A program made the translations under genes and the position numbers. Of a DNA stretch of 64,000 nt, positions 12,014-23,909 are shown in pieces (positions within the stretch are counted from its first letter, which is position 1; every line of letters begins with the position of its first letter). The notes under the pieces are model-generated. The model made no database searches. It was given only the letters and a program-made list of their open reading frames with translations, and was not told where the DNA came from. The DNA lies in NCBI RefSeq assembly GCF_006345805.1, contig NC_043003.1, positions 7,688,001-7,752,000 on the forward strand, given 5' to 3'. The DNA is from Octopus sinensis. Lineage: Eukaryota.

Positions 12014-12434
12014 GTATGTATGTATGTATGTATGTATGTATGTATGTATTTATGTGTGTGTGTGTTGTGTAAGGAAAATAAGACTAGGTAAAAAATACTA
12101 AAATAATTTTATCATGAAGAGAGTTTAGTACCGGTTTCCTCATTGCGACTTTTTCAACTTAGAGTAAAGCATGAAAAACAATTAAATTGGGGAAAAATTA
12201 AATGAAATGATTTTTTAAAATATTTCCATAGTTTTCAAATGCAAGGGACATTTTCCTTTTTTTTTCTGTCTCTCTCTTTCTCTCTTTTTTTTTACTCTTG
12301 TGAGTTCTGGGTAGTTGGCAGCAGCTAAGAGTAGTTTGATATGAATTCTTGCCTTTGATTGTTTAAAATGAAAGTAAATATTAGAAGACGACGTTTTCAG
12401 CAAACTGAAAGCAATGCGTGAGAGATAAAATATA

Positions 12435-12830
12435 TATTTCTTTACTGCCCAGAAGGGGCTAAACATAGAGGGGACAAACAAGGACAGACGAAGGGATTGA
12501 GTCGATTATATCGCCCCCAGTGCGAAACTGGTACTTTATTTATCGACCCCGAAAGGATGAAAGGCAAAGTTAGCCTCGGTAGAATTTGAACTCAAACGTA
12601 ACGACAAACGAAATACCTATTTCTTTATTACCTACAAGGGGCTAAACGTAGAGGGGACAAACAAGGACAGACATAGGTATTAAGTCGAGTACATCGACCC
12701 CAGTGCGTAACTGGTACTTAATTTATCGACCTCGAAAGGATGAAAGGCAAAGTCGACCTCGGCGGAATTTGAACTCAGAACGTAACGACAGACGAAATAC
12801 CGCCAAGCACTTCGCCCGGCGTGCTAACGT
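12435..12830 (-). mobile_element. Family B SINE (Meta-domain-like) with duplicated body
   Basis: Minus strand gttcaaattccgccgaggtcgactttgcctttcatcctttcg(a/g)ggtcgataaa..aagtaccag occurs twice in tandem. Confidence 0.8.
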
Positions 12831-13609
12831 AATGTAGGAGAGTGGTCGATCTGAAAGTTGAGTTATTTCTTACAGCAAATTATTCTGTTTCTTTTTTCTT
12901 TTCTTTTCATTATTTTTTGCGGACGATGTTGTCTTCGGGACGCAGATTCCGAAAATCAAATTCCTTTTTTCTTGAAGGTGCAGCTTTTCCGAGGCGTTTC
13001 GGGTTGAATACACATACATAGCGAGCCTTTTTGGGTTAAACACACATGCATAACCATATACAACCGCATTTGCATAGATAGATAGATAAATAGAGACAGA
13101 CAGACAGAGCCAGAGAGAGAGGGAGTGAGAGAGAGATTGAGGGGTGGGGCGAGGGAGATATAAATATATAAGCATATGTGTGAGTGTGTGTATGTGTATG
13201 TATTTATATATATATGTGTCTGGATATGTGTCGAAATACGTACATACATATATGTTTAAACACACACACACACAAACACACAATAGAAACACCAGAACAA
13301 ACACCTCATACATATTTATATATACTGCTACTCATAGCACTAACAGCATACACCGCCCACAGCAGTCACTACACGCCGGTAACAACCTAATCATTGGTTA
13401 GACAAGGTCCGGTTTGATAGCGGTGCAGATAGCCTTAAATGGCATAACTAATTCAAATTGCAGTCTATTTTTACTCCAGGCGGCGCATTAACACTTTATT
13501 TCCTTGTATGAATAGTAAAATAGTAGAATGAAATTACTACAGCTACATATTAAAACGTAACGAGAAAACAATGTTTTCTAAATTTAGGGCAAGGTCAGAA
13601 GTTTTGGCG

Positions 13610-14085
13610 GAAAAGGGTTAAGTCGATTCTATCGAACACTGTCTTTCAACTGGTACCTATTTTAATCCAACCCAAAAGAGCTGACAGGCAAAGTCGACCC
13701 TGGCAAAATTTGAACTCAGAACGTAAAGACGGACGAAATGCCGCTAAGCATTTTGCCCGGCGTGCAAATACCTTTTTAATAATATTAATAATAATAATAA
13801 TAATATAATAATAATAATAATAATAATAATATAATAATAATCCTTTGTACTAAAGGTACAAAGGCCTGAAATTTGGGGGCGGAGGTTTAGGGGACTAGAC
13901 AATTACATCGACCCCCCACCACCACCACCACCACACTTATGGTTCACTGGTACTTAATTATTCGACCCCGAAAGGATGAAAGGAAAAGTTGACCTCAGCG
14001 GAATTTGAACTCAGAACGTAGCGGCAAAGGAAATACTGCTAAGCTTTTCGTCCAGCGTTCTAACGACTCTGACAGCTCGTCGCCT
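13610..14085 (-). mobile_element. Two family B SINE copies separated by (TAA)n
   Basis: gaaaggatgaaagg..aagtcgacc..gaatttgaactcagaacgta motifs at ~13690 and ~13970. Confidence 0.75.
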
Positions 14086-14102
14086 TAATAATAATAATAA
14101 TA

Positions 14103-14139
<37 letters not shown>

Positions 14140-14141
<2 letters not shown>

Positions 14142-14580
14142 CTGTCCCAATCGATATAAACGTATCTGTCAAGACCTACCAAAAACCGAGCAAATATAAA
14201 GATCAGCAAAATGTGGAACCTGAAGACTAAAACAATACCTGTTGTCATAGGTGCCCTGGGAATGATAGCAAAAGGGACTGATTGCTACCTAACTCAGATA
14301 CCAGGAAACCCCAAAATGGCAGAAATTCAAAAGATAGTGCTCATGGGAACTGCTCATATCCTACGCAAAATACTCTCTATGTAATCCCAAGGTTTAAAAC
14401 AAACTTTTTTTTTTAAAATTTATGTATTAGACATTCACTAATACAACACCAAAAAAGAAACCCAAATATATGGCACACTAGGCATAACAACAACGTGAAC
14501 TTTCAACCTGTTGTCTCTTGAGGTCTCTGGGTGAGACTTGGAGCCAACTTGTACAGACATAAACCAAAAGTCAACACAAT
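14140..14580 (+). mobile_element. 3' end of R4/Dong-like retrotransposon
   Basis: MWNLKTKTIPVVIGALGMI..KIVLMGTAHILRKILSM* plus 3' UTR, between two (TAA)n tracts. Confidence 0.8.
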
Positions 14581-14584
14581 ATAA

Positions 14585-14640
<56 letters not shown>

Positions 14641-15169
14641 GCTCTCATGGCTTTTGATCATAACTGATTGGAAGTGTTATCATGTACATTGTTTTGTCTT
14701 GGTATAAAATTTGGGCTGCAGCAAATATTCTGCTCAATACCACAGATTCTTTTTGTCAGTTATTTGACCCTAACAAGTTGAGTATGTCCCTTAGTGGATG
14801 ACGATATGTGCATCTCTGATCACGAACAGAAGTATTTGGGGAGCATCATAGCCATGTGTTGAGAGGAATTCTTTAGAGTTTGAATAATTCACCTCTGGAA
14901 ACATGGGTATTTTGTTCAACATCCTTTAACAAACCTAATTCGGGGACCTTTTGAGCAGGACGGGATACTCAACCAGAAGAAAATTCTAACTGACCCCCAC
15001 CTGCAAGGTCATGTGCTGTTTATCGTGATATGAGATCATCATGTCATGCACATATGGCTGTGATGCATGTGCCTGGTGTACCCTTATCAGACCAGTAGTC
15101 ATGATGGGTATAATGGGTTTCGTATATTTTATCCCAGTGTCACTTCCATGGCATGCGCTGCTCTCTCAC

Positions 15170-15480
15170 TCATCCGGCATTTGCTGGACCTTCCAGCAAC
15201 CTGGAAAACTTTTTTTCGGTTTCATACCTCATAGTATATTTAGGTTTTTCAACTTCACACTTAACACAATCAAGTCAAGACGAAGTTTTCACCAAACACC
15301 GCTTTTAGCCCTTTATGAATTTTTGTTCCGGTTCTTTGCTTTGTTTTGATTGCGTAGAAAATATTAAAGACTTGGAAACAGCTTACTTGCGTAAGTGCGT
15401 TCAGTCGGAAACTCCGCTTGCTGGATGCCAGTCGGTTTCAAGTGTCATTAGGAGAGAGTATGCATCGTTTCGGAGTTTTC
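15170..15480 (-). mobile_element. Degraded mariner-like transposase N-terminus
   Basis: Minus translation resembles ..KIHKGLKAVFGENFV.. helix-turn-helix region; heavily decayed. Confidence 0.4.
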
Positions 15481-15591
15481 CTCTCGACAAATTTACAATG
15501 CAGCGAAAATCCCCTCATTGATGAGAGGACCTCGCCGGCTGGGTCGACTGATTCGATCTGAAGTCCACTCCGGTATCATCAGCACCATTCA

Positions 15592-15785
15592 AGTGGAGGC
15601 GAATTGGCCCAGTGGTTAGAGCAGCGGACTCGCGGTCGGAGGATCGCAGTTTCGATTCCCAGACCGGCCGTTGTGTGTGTTTATTGAGCGCAAACACCTA
15701 AAGCTCCACGAGGCTCCGGCACGGGGGTAGGTGGCAACCCCTGTTGTACTCTTTCGCTCCAACCTTCTCTCACTCTTTCTTCCTG
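15592..15785 (+). mobile_element. tRNA-derived SINE head (family D, octopus OR-like)
   Basis: A-box tggcccagtgg, B-box tttcgattccc; same ~190 bp also at 35635-35812(-), 46008-46199(-), 53076-53265(+). Confidence 0.75.
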
Positions 15786-16024
15786 CTTCTTGTCCCCAAC
15801 TTCCGACGCAACCGCTGAGCCTGGATGCGCATTCATCCATCCGTCGATGCTCTCGGTGTCGGGGGTTGACCTGCTTTCTCTTCTGCGGGTCTTACGAATA
15901 GCAAAGGACCACGTTTCGGACTTCTCCCACTACAGAGGCGCGATCTTGCGAGCTCTGGGACGAAGACCGCTTCGCTCAACAGCTCAGTTCCCTGAACCTG
16001 ACTCCATGTGGTTACGAAGCGAAT

Positions 16025-16317
16025 AGCCTTGCCTGTAGAGCCTTGTCTGCGCCTTGCCCCAGAGCATTGGCACAGAGTCTCGCCTGTGCCTTATCTCAGA
16101 GCCTTGCCTGTGCCTTATCTCAGAGCCTCGCCTGTGCCTTATCTCAGAGACTTGCCTGTGCCTTATCTCAGAGCCTCGCCTGTGCCTTGCCTGTGCCTTG
16201 CCTGTAAAGTCTTGCCTGTGCCTTGCGTCAGAGCCTTGCCTGTGCCTTATCTCAGAGCCTTGCCTGCGCCTTATCTCAGAGCCTTGCCTGTGCCTTGTGT
16301 CAGAGCCTTGCCTGCGC
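16025..16317 (+). repeat. 24-bp GC-rich minisatellite (gagccttgcctgtgccttatctca)n
   Basis: ~10 degenerate units; explains PCLCLISE/RHRQGSEI peptide repeats. Confidence 0.95.
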
Positions 16318-16681
16318 TGAACAAAAATAATTTTTCTCTTTACTCTTTGAGAAAATATGTTTAAACAGGGAATAGTCCAAAACAATTATTGGTTTCAAAT
16401 TTTGGAACACGGCCAACGATTTCAGGAGAGGGGCTATGTCGATTACATCCACTCCTGTACTCAATTGGTACTTATTTATTCGACCCCAAAAAGGATGAAA
16501 GTCAAAGTCGATCTCGGCGGAATTTGAGCTCAGAACGTAAAGCCGGACGAACTACCACTAAAAATTTTTCCCGTCGTGCCAAAGCAATTATTAACAGCAG
16601 GAATAACTCCGCAAATATAAACGCCTCTTAAACTAAGTTCATTTAAAGCACACATCTTTCAATAAACTGTAATGTGTGATA

Positions 16682-17078
16682 TCTTTATATATAAAAGAGA
16701 GGTTGTGTGCTGTCTGTCTCCTACGATTTAGATTCCTAACTACTCCTACATTTTGCGGTGCAGTTTAACCAAAACCGGGTATCTTATAGTCGTGATTCAT
16801 ATCGAGCCCTTCTGGGTATTAGCGCGCGTCTACGATGAGTCTACGATTAAAAAAAAAATTACCATCATTTTTTTCCATTTTAATGCATTTTTTCGCTATT
16901 ACAAAAGGGAAGTAACTCTCTAAAAATGTCTACGATGAGTCAAAGATTTAAAAAAAAAATTACCATAATTTTTTTTCCATTTTAATGCATTTTTTGCTAT
17001 TTTTTGGCTATAACTCTCTAAAATGCTTATATAGTTATTTCCCTTACAAACCCGAGCAACGCCGGGCGATACTGCTAG
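16682..17078 (+). mobile_element. Non-autonomous Helitron, unit 1 of head-to-tail dimer
   Basis: A|TCTTTATATATAAAAG 5' end; subterminal hairpin cccgagcaacgccggg; CTAG 3' end. Confidence 0.9.
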
Positions 17079-17478
17079 TCTTTATATATAAAAGTAAGGT
17101 TGTGTGCTGTCTGTCTCCTACGATTTAGATTCCTAACTACTCCCACCTTTTTGCGGTGCAGTTTAACCAAAACCGGGTATCTTATAGTCGTGATTCATAT
17201 CGAGCCCTTCTGGGTATTAGCGCGCGTCTACGATGAGTCTACGATTTAAAAAAAAATTACCATCAAATTTTCCCATTTTTAATGCATTTTTGGCAGATAT
17301 AAGGGAAGTAACTCTCTAAAAATGTATTATTAAATCTCAGAACGTAAAAAGCTACAGTAACACCTCCCTCCCCTTTGTGGTTAGCCATATTGAGATGGCT
17401 ATTATACTTTACATCTCTAAAAATGCTTATATAGTTATTTCCCTTACAAACCCGAGCAACGCCGGGCGATACTGCTAG
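17079..17478 (+). mobile_element. Non-autonomous Helitron, unit 2 of head-to-tail dimer
   Basis: TC start immediately after CTAG of unit 1; same hairpin; ends CTAG|T. Confidence 0.9.
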
Positions 17479-17689
17479 TAGAAATATGAAAGAAAGGGAC
17501 AACACTAATGCTTCTTCTGTTACCTGTAATTTCTCAGAATAGAATCATATCTATGAGATAATGAGTTTATAAGTTTCATTACCATAATTAACAGTAATCG
17601 TTTTTTTTTTCTCTTTCTATCCTTATATAATTGTGCAATTATTTTACTTCCTGTGTTTATTTTTTTAATATATATATAACCCACGCAAA

Positions 17690-18232
17690 GTTTTTCTCTG
17701 AATTTAAATCCTGGGATTGTCCTCTGCAACTCTCGAAATTTCATCCATCCATCTTCTCCGCATACTATCCATGGAGAGTTCTTAGGCATCTCTGCTATAG
17801 GGTCTTTTCAGAGGCAACTGTCATTGCACTTTCCAGCTGAATTCCGAAGCGGTGGTTGCAGTTGGAGGTCTCTCTGGTCTGGGATCATCTCCCACACTCT
17901 TCCTGCCACGCTGGAATTCATTTACCCATCGTTTGACTGTTGCATATGAAGGAGCATTGTCTGTTTAGCTTCTCACCATATTTTCATGGATGTCTGATGG
18001 AGTCATGCCTTTCAAACGAAGCTACTTTATGACAGCACGGTACTCAGTTTTCTCCATTTTCCTTGTAATCTTGACATTTATTCAAAAATCTGCAACCAAA
18101 AAAATAAAAATATCAGAATCATGAAAATAAGCAAGAATACTCCGAAAAGACTGTACTTACCAGAAAAATTGTTTCAGCTACCTAGCAGCTCCGTTTCTAG
18201 GTTAGGCTCAAAACTTTTCATACGACCCTCGT

Positions 18233-18233
<1 letters not shown>
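17690..18233 (-). mobile_element. mariner transposon 5' part
   Basis: TA|CGAGGGTCGTATGAAAAGTTTTGAGCC TIR; MEKTEYRAVIK.LRLKGMTPSDIHENM..PSYATVKRWVNEFQRGR from ATG at 18057. Confidence 0.8.
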
Positions 18234-18278
<45 letters not shown>

Positions 18279-18360
18279 TAATATATATAATATTATATAT
18301 ACACATATATATATATACATATATATATACATACATCTATATATATATATATTACATACA

Positions 18361-18398
<38 letters not shown>

Positions 18399-18458
18399 TA
18401 TATATATCTATTATATATATATATAATATATATATATATATTATATAATATATGTATA

Positions 18459-18852
18459 CAGGAGTGGCTGTGTGGTAAGTAGCTTGCTAACCAACCACAT
18501 GGTTCCGGGTTCAGTCCCACTGCGTGGCACCTTCGGCAAGTGTCTTCTGCTATAGCCCCGGGCCGACCAATGCCTTGTGAGTGGATTTGGTAGACGGAAA
18601 CTGAAAGAAGCCTGTCGTATATATGTATATATATATATGTGTGTGTGTGTGTTTGTGTGTCTGTGTTTGTCCCCCTAGCATTGCTTGACAACCGATGCTG
18701 GTGTGTTTACGTCCCCGTCACTTAGCGGTTCAGCAAAAGAGACCGATAGAATAAGTACTGGGCTTACAAAGAATAAGTCCCGGGGTCGATTTGCTCGACT
18801 AAAGGTGGTGCTCCAGCATGGCCGCAGTCAAATGACTGAAACAAGTAAAAGA
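18459..18852 (+). mobile_element. Family A SINE
   Basis: Near-full copy with internal (TA/TG)n. Confidence 0.9.
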
Positions 18853-18858
18853 GAAAAG

Positions 18859-18919
<61 letters not shown>

Positions 18920-19364
18920 AATTAATTCAAAATTACATGGAGCATAAAAGCATAAAGAATACTAAGGAGAGAATGTGTAGTATTTTTAACTCGACAGCTG
19001 TTTCTGGGAGTTCAGAATTTTGTAATAATCTTAATGTTCATAATTTGCACTTTGACAGGGTAGTTACATGATATCGAATATTTAAATTATTAGTTTATCA
19101 GATAAATTCGTTCATATTTTTTCTATTTGGTACTTCATTGCCATATATCTGGAAAGAGGTAAAATTTATTCAAATTTCAAAAGTTGAAAAGGAAGATTAG
19201 AGCTATAAAGAACCATGAAGCCCTACAGTGAAAACATTTTTCGTATTAATTCAAATAATATTGGAAAGATGTAAAATAAATAGAAAAGAAAAGAACCCAG
19301 AAAAAAAACAAAAACAAAACCAAACGAATTTATCTCAAAATCCAATAAAATAAACAATAAACAT

Positions 19365-19835
19365 TAAACAGCAGCAGCACGACACTGTGAAGTGTATTTG
19401 ACATAAGGGATGATGCTACTGTAGTTTATAGCCCTAGGAAGACATCTTCCTCCTGCTGGCTAACGAGGAGACATCTTCCTGGGGCTATAAACACCAGTAA
19501 CATCGTCCCCTATGTCGTGCTACTACTGTTTACATCTCGCTCAGAGATTTATTATTGCTTGTTCCTCCTTTTTTGAGATCAGCGACAGTTTGTCACTGGA
19601 AAAAAGCATATTGTATTTTGCGTTTGGAATGAGCTTTCGCCGTTAGCTGCTGATTGTCATACGCTGATGACGAGTTACTATTCAGAAACCCGGGTCCATG
19701 TGTATCACGTAAGGCTAGAAATGGGAACGATGATTTCCCTTCGCAAATACTGATCGGACACAGACAGTGTGTCGTTAGCCAGCTAGAGGAGATGTGTTCC
19801 TGTGGCTATAAACAATAATAACATCGACCCATATG
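19365..19835 (+). mobile_element. Decayed Penelope-pLTR-like element with fold-back 5' end and hammerhead
   Basis: 19365-19532 folds back; 19773-19835 repeats the same terminus; HHR at 19658-19702. Confidence 0.6.
19658..19702 (+). ncRNA. Minimal type I hammerhead (C3-G8, GUC site), slightly decayed
   Basis: catacg-CTGATGA-cgagt-tact-attca-GAAA-cccggg-TC-catgtg; palindromic stem III acccgggt. Confidence 0.7.
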
Positions 19836-20116
19836 GGTCTGGCATATTTAGGCGGCAAATATACCTTTCGAATCCCATAAAATTAATTTATTCTAAAATA
19901 TCCTTACACAGCCTTCATTTTTGTGGCTTCATTGTGGTTGTCAGTAATTTCAATACAATAATTAAATCTTTCCTGTTTCAACATAACTTGTGCCATTTTT
20001 AGGAGTGAAGGCAGCTATTTTCCCATCCATTTATAGATTGAGTGATTAAATGAGGCTAAGTAAACAGAAATAATAAACGATTGACTGTCTGTGGCCTCTT
20101 GCTTTTAAATTGACAT

Positions 20117-20151
<35 letters not shown>

Positions 20152-20152
<1 letters not shown>

Positions 20153-20730
20153 GGCGCATGGCTCGGTGGTTAAAGTGTCGAGCTTACGATCATGAGGTTG
20201 TGAGTTCGAATCCCGGACCGGGCTGCGTGCTGTGTTCTTGAGAAAGACACTTTATTTCACCTTGCTCCAGTTCACTCAGCTGTAGAAATGAGTTGCGACG
20301 TCAAAGGTGCCAAGCTGTATCGGCCCCTTTGCCTTTCCCTTGGATAACACTGGTGGCGTGGAGAGGGGAGGCTGGTATGCATGGGCGACTGCTGGTCTTC
20401 CATAAATAACCTATTTCTTTACTACCCACATGGGGCTAAACACAGAGAGGACAAACAAGGACAGACAGTCTATTACAGTCTATTAAATCGACCCCACTGC
20501 GTAACTGGTACTTATGTAATCGACCCCCAAAGGATAAAAGGTAAAGTCGACCTCGGCGGAATTTGAACTCAGAACGTAGCGGCAGACGAAATACTGCTAA
20601 ATATTTCGTCCAGCGTACTAACGATTCTGCCAGCTCGCCGCCTTCTTCCATAAACAACCTTGCTCGGACTTGTGCGTGGGAGAGTAACTTTCTAGGTGCA
20701 ATCCCATGGTCAGTCATGACTGAAGCGGGT
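20152..20730 (+). mobile_element. Family C SINE interrupted by an inverted family B SINE (20413-20643)
   Basis: tRNA-like head ggcgcatggctcggtgg..gttcgaatccc; 17-bp TSD tcttccataaa(t/c)aacct at 20396-20412 and 20644-20660. Confidence 0.85.
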
Positions 20731-20837
20731 CTCTACATATATACATACATACATATATATATATATATGTATAATAGAAATATTAAAATTACTAAGTCTC
20801 TCTAAAAGAGATTACGGCAGCGTTACTGGAAATTAAT

Positions 20838-21107
20838 TGTTATCGCCATATTAATATGGCAGTCTTATTATAAGACTAAATTAGTCTTATTATAAGACTA
20901 AAGCTGTCGCTGATTAGCTCCATGAGGCCATCGCCTTAAGCTAGCTATTTGACACACAAACTGTGTCCATTATAACCTTGTTCGAAGGTTATAATGGACA
21001 CAGTTTGTGTGTCAAATAGCTAGCTTAAGGCGATGGCCTCATGGAGCTAATCAGCGACAGCTTTAGTCTTATATCTATAAGACTGCCATATTAATATGGC
21101 GATAACA
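20838..21107. repeat. Long perfect hairpin/palindrome
   Basis: 89-bp perfect arms 20891-20979 and 20985-21073 with 5-nt loop gttcg; outer arms tgttatcgccatattaatatggcagtcttat. Confidence 0.95.
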
Positions 21108-21146
21108 TAATAATATATATATATATATATTTAATATATTATATAT

Positions 21147-21188
<42 letters not shown>

Positions 21189-21215
21189 TAAACATATATA
21201 TGTGTGTATATATGT

Positions 21216-23090
21216 GTCACTAACTACGTGGGAGAATGGCTGCATGACTTCCTGAAGGATAGAAGTCAGGTGGTAGTAGCCAATGGGGCCACCTCCAGTG
21301 ACATGCAAATAGTAAGCGGTGTTCCGCAAGGCATTGTTGTGGGACCACTTCTGTTCATAATAGCCCTCTCAGATATGCCCTCAGCCACACAGATATATAT
21401 ATATAGGAAATTGAAAGTAGAACCAACTTTTCTCGTGGAACAGAAAGAGTAGAGAGAAAGAACAAAGCTGTGGAAAGCATAAAAACATACCTTTGAGCTT
21501 TCTATAAATTTGCAAAAGATTCGGCCACAGTGTAGTACCAAATATGATCATTGTCCCAAGGGAATGGCTCACTGACCGCGAACCCCCAAAAGATAAGTGA
21601 AGTGTTCAGTGAACAATTCAAAAGTGTCTTCATCTCTTCACTGAGCCACATGCAAATTAATAATCCAGCTGAGTTCTTAGACATTACAACGCTGCAGGGG
21701 AAGGCGACAGCCATCGATTGCATGGCCATTGAACAGGCAGACGTACCAGCAGCCATTGATGAAATGAACGTAAACTCAGCAGCTGGCCCCTAAGCTTTCC
21801 CAGTTATTCTCTTAAAGTCACGTAAGCAGGCTTTAACGAAACCGCTTCAAATATTTTTCCAGAATTTCCTTGCACGTAGTAAACTTCTTAAAAAAACTAA
21901 AAACGAATGCATGACTAAGAGTGGAAGCAGGGCAGAGGCAAAAAACGACAGGCCCGGCCCTCTGACTTCACAAATCAACAATGTCATGCAAGGAATTGTC
22001 AGAAGGAAACTGATCAGATTCCTTGAAGAAAAAGACTTGATGAGCGATACTTAGCGTGCTTTCCGTCCTGGAAGAAACTGCTTAACGCTGCTCTTATAGC
22101 ACAGTGACCTTGTTTTTTTGAAGAAGCCGCTCAACTATTCAAATGTCGATGTAGCGTATCTTGACAAGGCGGATCATAGCATGATGGTCATAAACTGCAA
22201 GATCTTGGTATAGCTGGTAAACTAGGAGAGTGAATGCACAACTTCTTAAAAGAAGTTGCAGATAATGGTGCTCTTTCCAGGGAAAGACAAATTCTGAGAG
22301 GAATCCCTCAGGGAACTGTCTTGGGGCCATTACTGTTTATAAAAGCCCTTTTAGACTTGCTAATAGTGAATCAGCCATCCACTGTCACTAGCTATGCAAA
22401 TGATTCAAAATTATCACAGGCAACAAAGAACTCAGATGATGTCGCAAGCTTGCTGCGGGACCTAAATGCAATATACAAGTAGTATGAACAAAACAACATG
22501 CAATTTAAGGCGAGAAAATTTCAAGCCCTGTGCTATCAACTCACGAATTCACAGCCCGCATATCAGGACTGAATGCACTGCAATCCAGAGTCACAGATAG
22601 TGAGAGACTTGGGGGGTCAGTATGTGTATTGCTGCACTGTTTCATGTGCACATTACCAAGATGGCAACAAAGTGCAGACAATTGTGGGATGGATTCTAAG
22701 GTTCTTCAGAACAAGTAACCAACTCATGTTGGCCCTTGTGGAAGACCTTTGTTCTCAGCCACCTAGACTACTGATCTCAGCTGTGGTTACCACATAGTGT
22801 CGAACTAATTGCGGAGCTTGAAGCGATCCAACGTTACTACACTTAAAAGGCTGTCACAGCTCAACAAACTACGACTTCATTCCCTGGAGCGAAGACGCGA
22901 GAGATATGTAATAATTTACAAGCGGAAAATTCTGGAAGGGCTAGTACTTAACTTCGGCATCGTGAGTTATACAAATGGTCGTACTGGATACCATTGTGTT
23001 GTACTAGAGGTACCTTCCACTCCATCTAAAGCGAGTACACAGGCATGCAATAGCTTAGGATTCAAAGGCCCACTGCTGGTAAATTTCTTG
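21216..23090 (+). mobile_element. Degraded CR1/L2-group LINE reverse transcriptase fragments
   Basis: WLHDFLKDRSQVV..SGVPQGIVVGPLLF; GIPQGTVLGPLLF..YANDSKL; LHSLERRRERY..KILEGL; many stops/frameshifts. Confidence 0.85.
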
Positions 23091-23339
23091 GTTTCTAGAG
23101 AAAGTATTTTTACCTTGTTGAAGTTTTCCCCGATTAAAAGTATTTTCGCTTTTATTGAAATCAAGGAACGTAAGTAAAATAATTGGAAACTGATGGCACC
23201 AGTGTGGCGCCGTCATTATTGAAATAGGATCCATCAAATATATTTCATGGCTTTCTTAATGAGAGGATCTGAACCATAATTTAAGCACATTACATCCGTA
23301 TATCTTTTTTATCGAAAAATCCATAAATTTTACTTTTCA
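21907..23339 (+). repeat. Left arm of ~1.43-kb inverted duplication (right arm 26733-28171)
   Basis: Near-identical ORF translations on opposite strands (e.g. 22234-22482+ vs 27597-27845-). Confidence 0.95.
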
Positions 23340-23909
23340 GGTATTTCGGTTGTCTTTGCGTTCTGTGTTCAAATTCCGCCAAGGTCGACTTTTCCTTTCA
23401 TCCCTTTCGGGGTTGATACCAGTTGCATACTGGGGTCGATCTAATTGACGGGCTCCCGCCCCCAAAATTTCGGGCCCTGTGCCTAGAGTAGAAAAGAATG
23501 ATTCGGTAAGATTTTGAGGAAATGTTTGCAGAAGAAGAGATGAATAAAGAATGGCCCGTTTTTAGCAATGTAAAGATTTTGAAAATGATGTATTGATGAG
23601 CATATGATGTTGGCAGACGTTCAGTATAAGTATCTTTTTTTCTTGTAGTGTTGTTACTTAGGGCCGTTAATGGTTGTAGTATCATTGTTGTAAGGACAGG
23701 TATTGCATCACCTGCGAATAATGCATTTAAAAGTGTTTGGTCGTTTGTGGTTGGAGACTTTGAAACCTCTAACAGTGAAGTCGCAGAGATCCCTTATCTT
23801 TCTTGAAGACAAGGAGAGACGGTGCAGGAAACATTGGAACAGTTGTGGAACCAGAGCGTTGAATTTGGAAATTGTGCTTGAGTGGAGATTTCCATACAAA
23901 CAAAGTAGA

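Noticed and set aside
16025-16317. Regular short repeats resembling a CRISPR array
   Set aside because: No unique spacers; contiguous minisatellite in eukaryotic DNA, no cas genes
18985-19105. Minus-strand GAAA-cagctg-TC with palindromic stem III; similar half motifs at 20820-20840, 61270-61312 and 3270-3305
   Set aside because: Could not find a matching core plus stem I; too degenerate to call
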